Positions 17,888 through 20,000 of a stretch of 20,000 bases of DNA are shown here, in pieces. The notes under the pieces are model-generated. The model did no database searches. It was not told the origin of the DNA and saw only the letters and a program-made list of their open reading frames with translations. The DNA is from Malacoraja senta (lineage: Eukaryota), in NCBI GenBank assembly GCA_038087875.1, contig JAXLNO010000571.1:238085-258084 (forward strand), read 5' to 3'. Position 1 is the first letter of the stretch, and each line of letters starts with the position of its first letter. Position numbers and translations under genes: made by a program.

Positions 17888-19195
17888 TTCTTGGTTTCTT
17901 GGTTTCCTGGTCCTCCAAAATATTCCAAATGGAATTTAAACAGGAGGTGGTGGAGGGAGGACTTAAGCCAGAAAGTGTTCTTGGGAAGAAAGAGCTACCT
18001 TAAATTTAGTTGCATCTGGTTGGGTAACTATGGTAGGGTGAAGACTATTCCACGCTTTAATTGTGCGGGGGAAGAACGAATTGCTGTACACATCTGTCTT
18101 GGTAGCTGGTATCTCAAATTGGATCAAATGCCCTCGTCTGCTCCTAATTGGTTTGGGTTTGGTGTAGGTTTCGTAATCTATGTCGAGCTGGCCATTTAAC
18201 ATTTTGTAAAAACAGGTCAAACGGTGAGCTTCACGTCTGTCTTGGAGAGGGTTCCACCCCAGTGAATTCAGAAGTTTGGTAACACTCGCTTCTCTCTCAT
18301 GGGTATTAGTAACAAATCGAGCTGCCTGTCTTTGGACAAGTTCGATGGAAGAAATGTTTTTATTTGTGTATGGGTCCCATGCTGCAACGGCGTAGTCCAA
18401 ATGCGGTCTAACGAGGGTGAAGTATAACTTCTCCTTGACAGAAGTTGAACAATGATGAAAGTTGAGTCTCAGAAAGTTTAGGACACCTGTGGCTTTCACC
18501 GTTGCACGATGAGTCTGACCATTCCAACGCAGATTGTTCTACAATTTGATGCCAGAATACTTGGTTTGTTTGGATTCTTCAAGGGTGGCACCAAGTATAT
18601 TGTAAGATGTTTCGCCTGGATTCCTCTTTCTGGTGACACGCATGGTTTCACATTTGGAAGGGTTGAACTGCATGCCCCATTGTTGTGACCACTCAAATAT
18701 AGTATCGAGATCCTTTTGGAGAGCATCTTTATCATCGGCTGACTTAATTGGACGGTACAGCAAACAATCATCAGCGAATAGTCTGGTCGTACTTGTGACT
18801 TTTTCGTGGATGTCATTTATGTAAAGCAAAAACAGATGTGGGCCAAGTACTGTGCCCTGAGGTGTACCACTCAACACGCCAATCTGAGCTCTTTCCGTTC
18901 ACACACACACGCTGAAGACGTTTTGTCAGGAAACTGGAAATCCATTGTTTTGTGTTGGAACGAATACCATAGAAGTCAAGCTTCCGAAGCAGTCTCTGGT
19001 GTGGGATGACATCAAATGCTTTAGAAAAGTTCAGCACTACTAAATCCGTGATGACGTTGCTATCAAGGTGCTTGGCCAGGTCATTTGTCGTCAGGATAAG
19101 CTGAGACTCACATGATCTATGCTTCCTAAATGCATGTTGGTTGTTAGCAAGAATGTTATGTTTGCTCACAAGTCTCGTCAGATTACTCTGCAACT
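17888..19195 (-). mobile_element. CR1/L2-group LINE, 5'-truncated, reverse transcriptase pseudogene
   Basis: Frameshifted ORFs read NQHAFRKHRSCESQL, LNFSKAFDVIPH, SGTPQGTVLGPHLFLLYINDI, RLFADDCLLY, WGMQFNPSKC, LVRPHLDYA, SFFPRTIKAWNSL. The 3' tail is (AACCAAGA)n. Confidence 0.95.
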
Positions 19196-19275
19196 TTTCA
19201 GATCTGCAACTTTACAGATTGAAGTTATGGCATATACTGTGTGTCCTAATGAATCTTTCAAATCTTGTTTCCAAA

Positions 19276-20000
19276 TCTATCTATCTATATTTAAAACTCT
19301 GCTTGACTTGTGCCAGCCAGCCCCTTTGATACGCCAACGCCGCACGCAGAAACGCCGAGATTTTTTTCCATTTCGGTAGAGATTTCATTTTTCTTTACGA
19401 ATAGCCACTCCTGATTAAATTTCGTCGTGTTTATGTACACTTTTTTAAAATAAAATTCTTCTTCCCCCCCACCCACCCCCAAAATTTCAAAATGTTAAAA
19501 AAACAGCTCTCATCCATAGAATGTTGGCGAAGGTTCCGTTGTGTGATGTCACAATGCCCAATGCTCACAGATGTCCAATCGGAATGGATCCATTTACATA
19601 TGCCTTTGCAGCAGCCCCAGCCCCTCGCCCCCACCCCCGCAGCCTGTGTCGAAGCGAGTCGTCACGTGTGTGGGAATAGAGAAAGAGGATTGGGGGTGAT
19701 AGAGAATGGGGAACAGATGGACTGTCCCTACCCCTCCCCCTTCCACTCTCACTCCCCACTATTTCCCCTCTCTCACCCCAACCCTCTCCCCATCCCTCCA
19801 CACTCTTCCCCCTCCCTCCCCATCCCCATCTCCCTCCTCCCTCCCTCCCCCCTCCCCCACACCTCTCTTCCCCTCCCCATCCCTCTCTCCCCCTCCCCCA
19901 TCCATCTCTCATCCCCCTCTCCATCTCCCTCTCCTCACCCTCTCCCTCTCCTCCCCCTCCTCCCCCTCCTCCTCCCACCCCCCCATTCCTCTCTCCCCCA
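19276..20000 (+). mobile_element. Probable Helitron 5' portion running off the window
   Basis: It starts A|TCTATCTATCTATATTTAAAACTCTG, similar to the other Helitron 5' ends but on the + strand, and continues into a C/T low-complexity tract (19725-20000). The 3' end is not visible. Confidence 0.55.

Noticed and set aside
17807..18199. RRWWR peptide as possible FBXO36 exon 2 (VIFRWWKISLR)
   Set aside because: It lies on the antisense strand of a LINE 3' UTR with no further similarity or acceptor. No exon 2 was found in the window.

Overview
Vertebrate nuclear DNA, most likely from a cartilaginous fish (skate/ray), judging by HE1/V-SINE-like, HER1/CR1-like, Rex1-like and Neptune-type Penelope repeats. 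The only host coding sequence I can support is missed by the ORF track: a 96-nt first coding exon of FBXO36 (3005-3100, +, MASLLQGTLFEMSAQAPPPSKDYYQLLVTNSM, followed by a GTGAGT donor). Upstream is a CpG-rich promoter with RFX X-box, forkhead and nuclear-receptor-type palindromes. By synteny with mammals it is probably shared head-to-head with TRIP12. The remaining ~17 kb is FBXO36 intron 1, filled with decayed and nested mobile elements: a Tc1 transposase relic, LINE 3' ends, SINEs, and a cluster of non-autonomous Helitrons with a structured ~0.95-kb non-coding retroposon inserted in one of them. It also holds a 3.45-kb TIR element with a 5-bp TSD enclosing a patchwork of retroelement fragments, Penelope fragments with hammerhead-ribozyme motifs, and a Gypsy pol relic whose LTR and tRNA-Leu PBS point the opposite way. 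Nearly all listed ORFs are spurious or transposon debris. Family names come from recalled consensus features, not from database searches.
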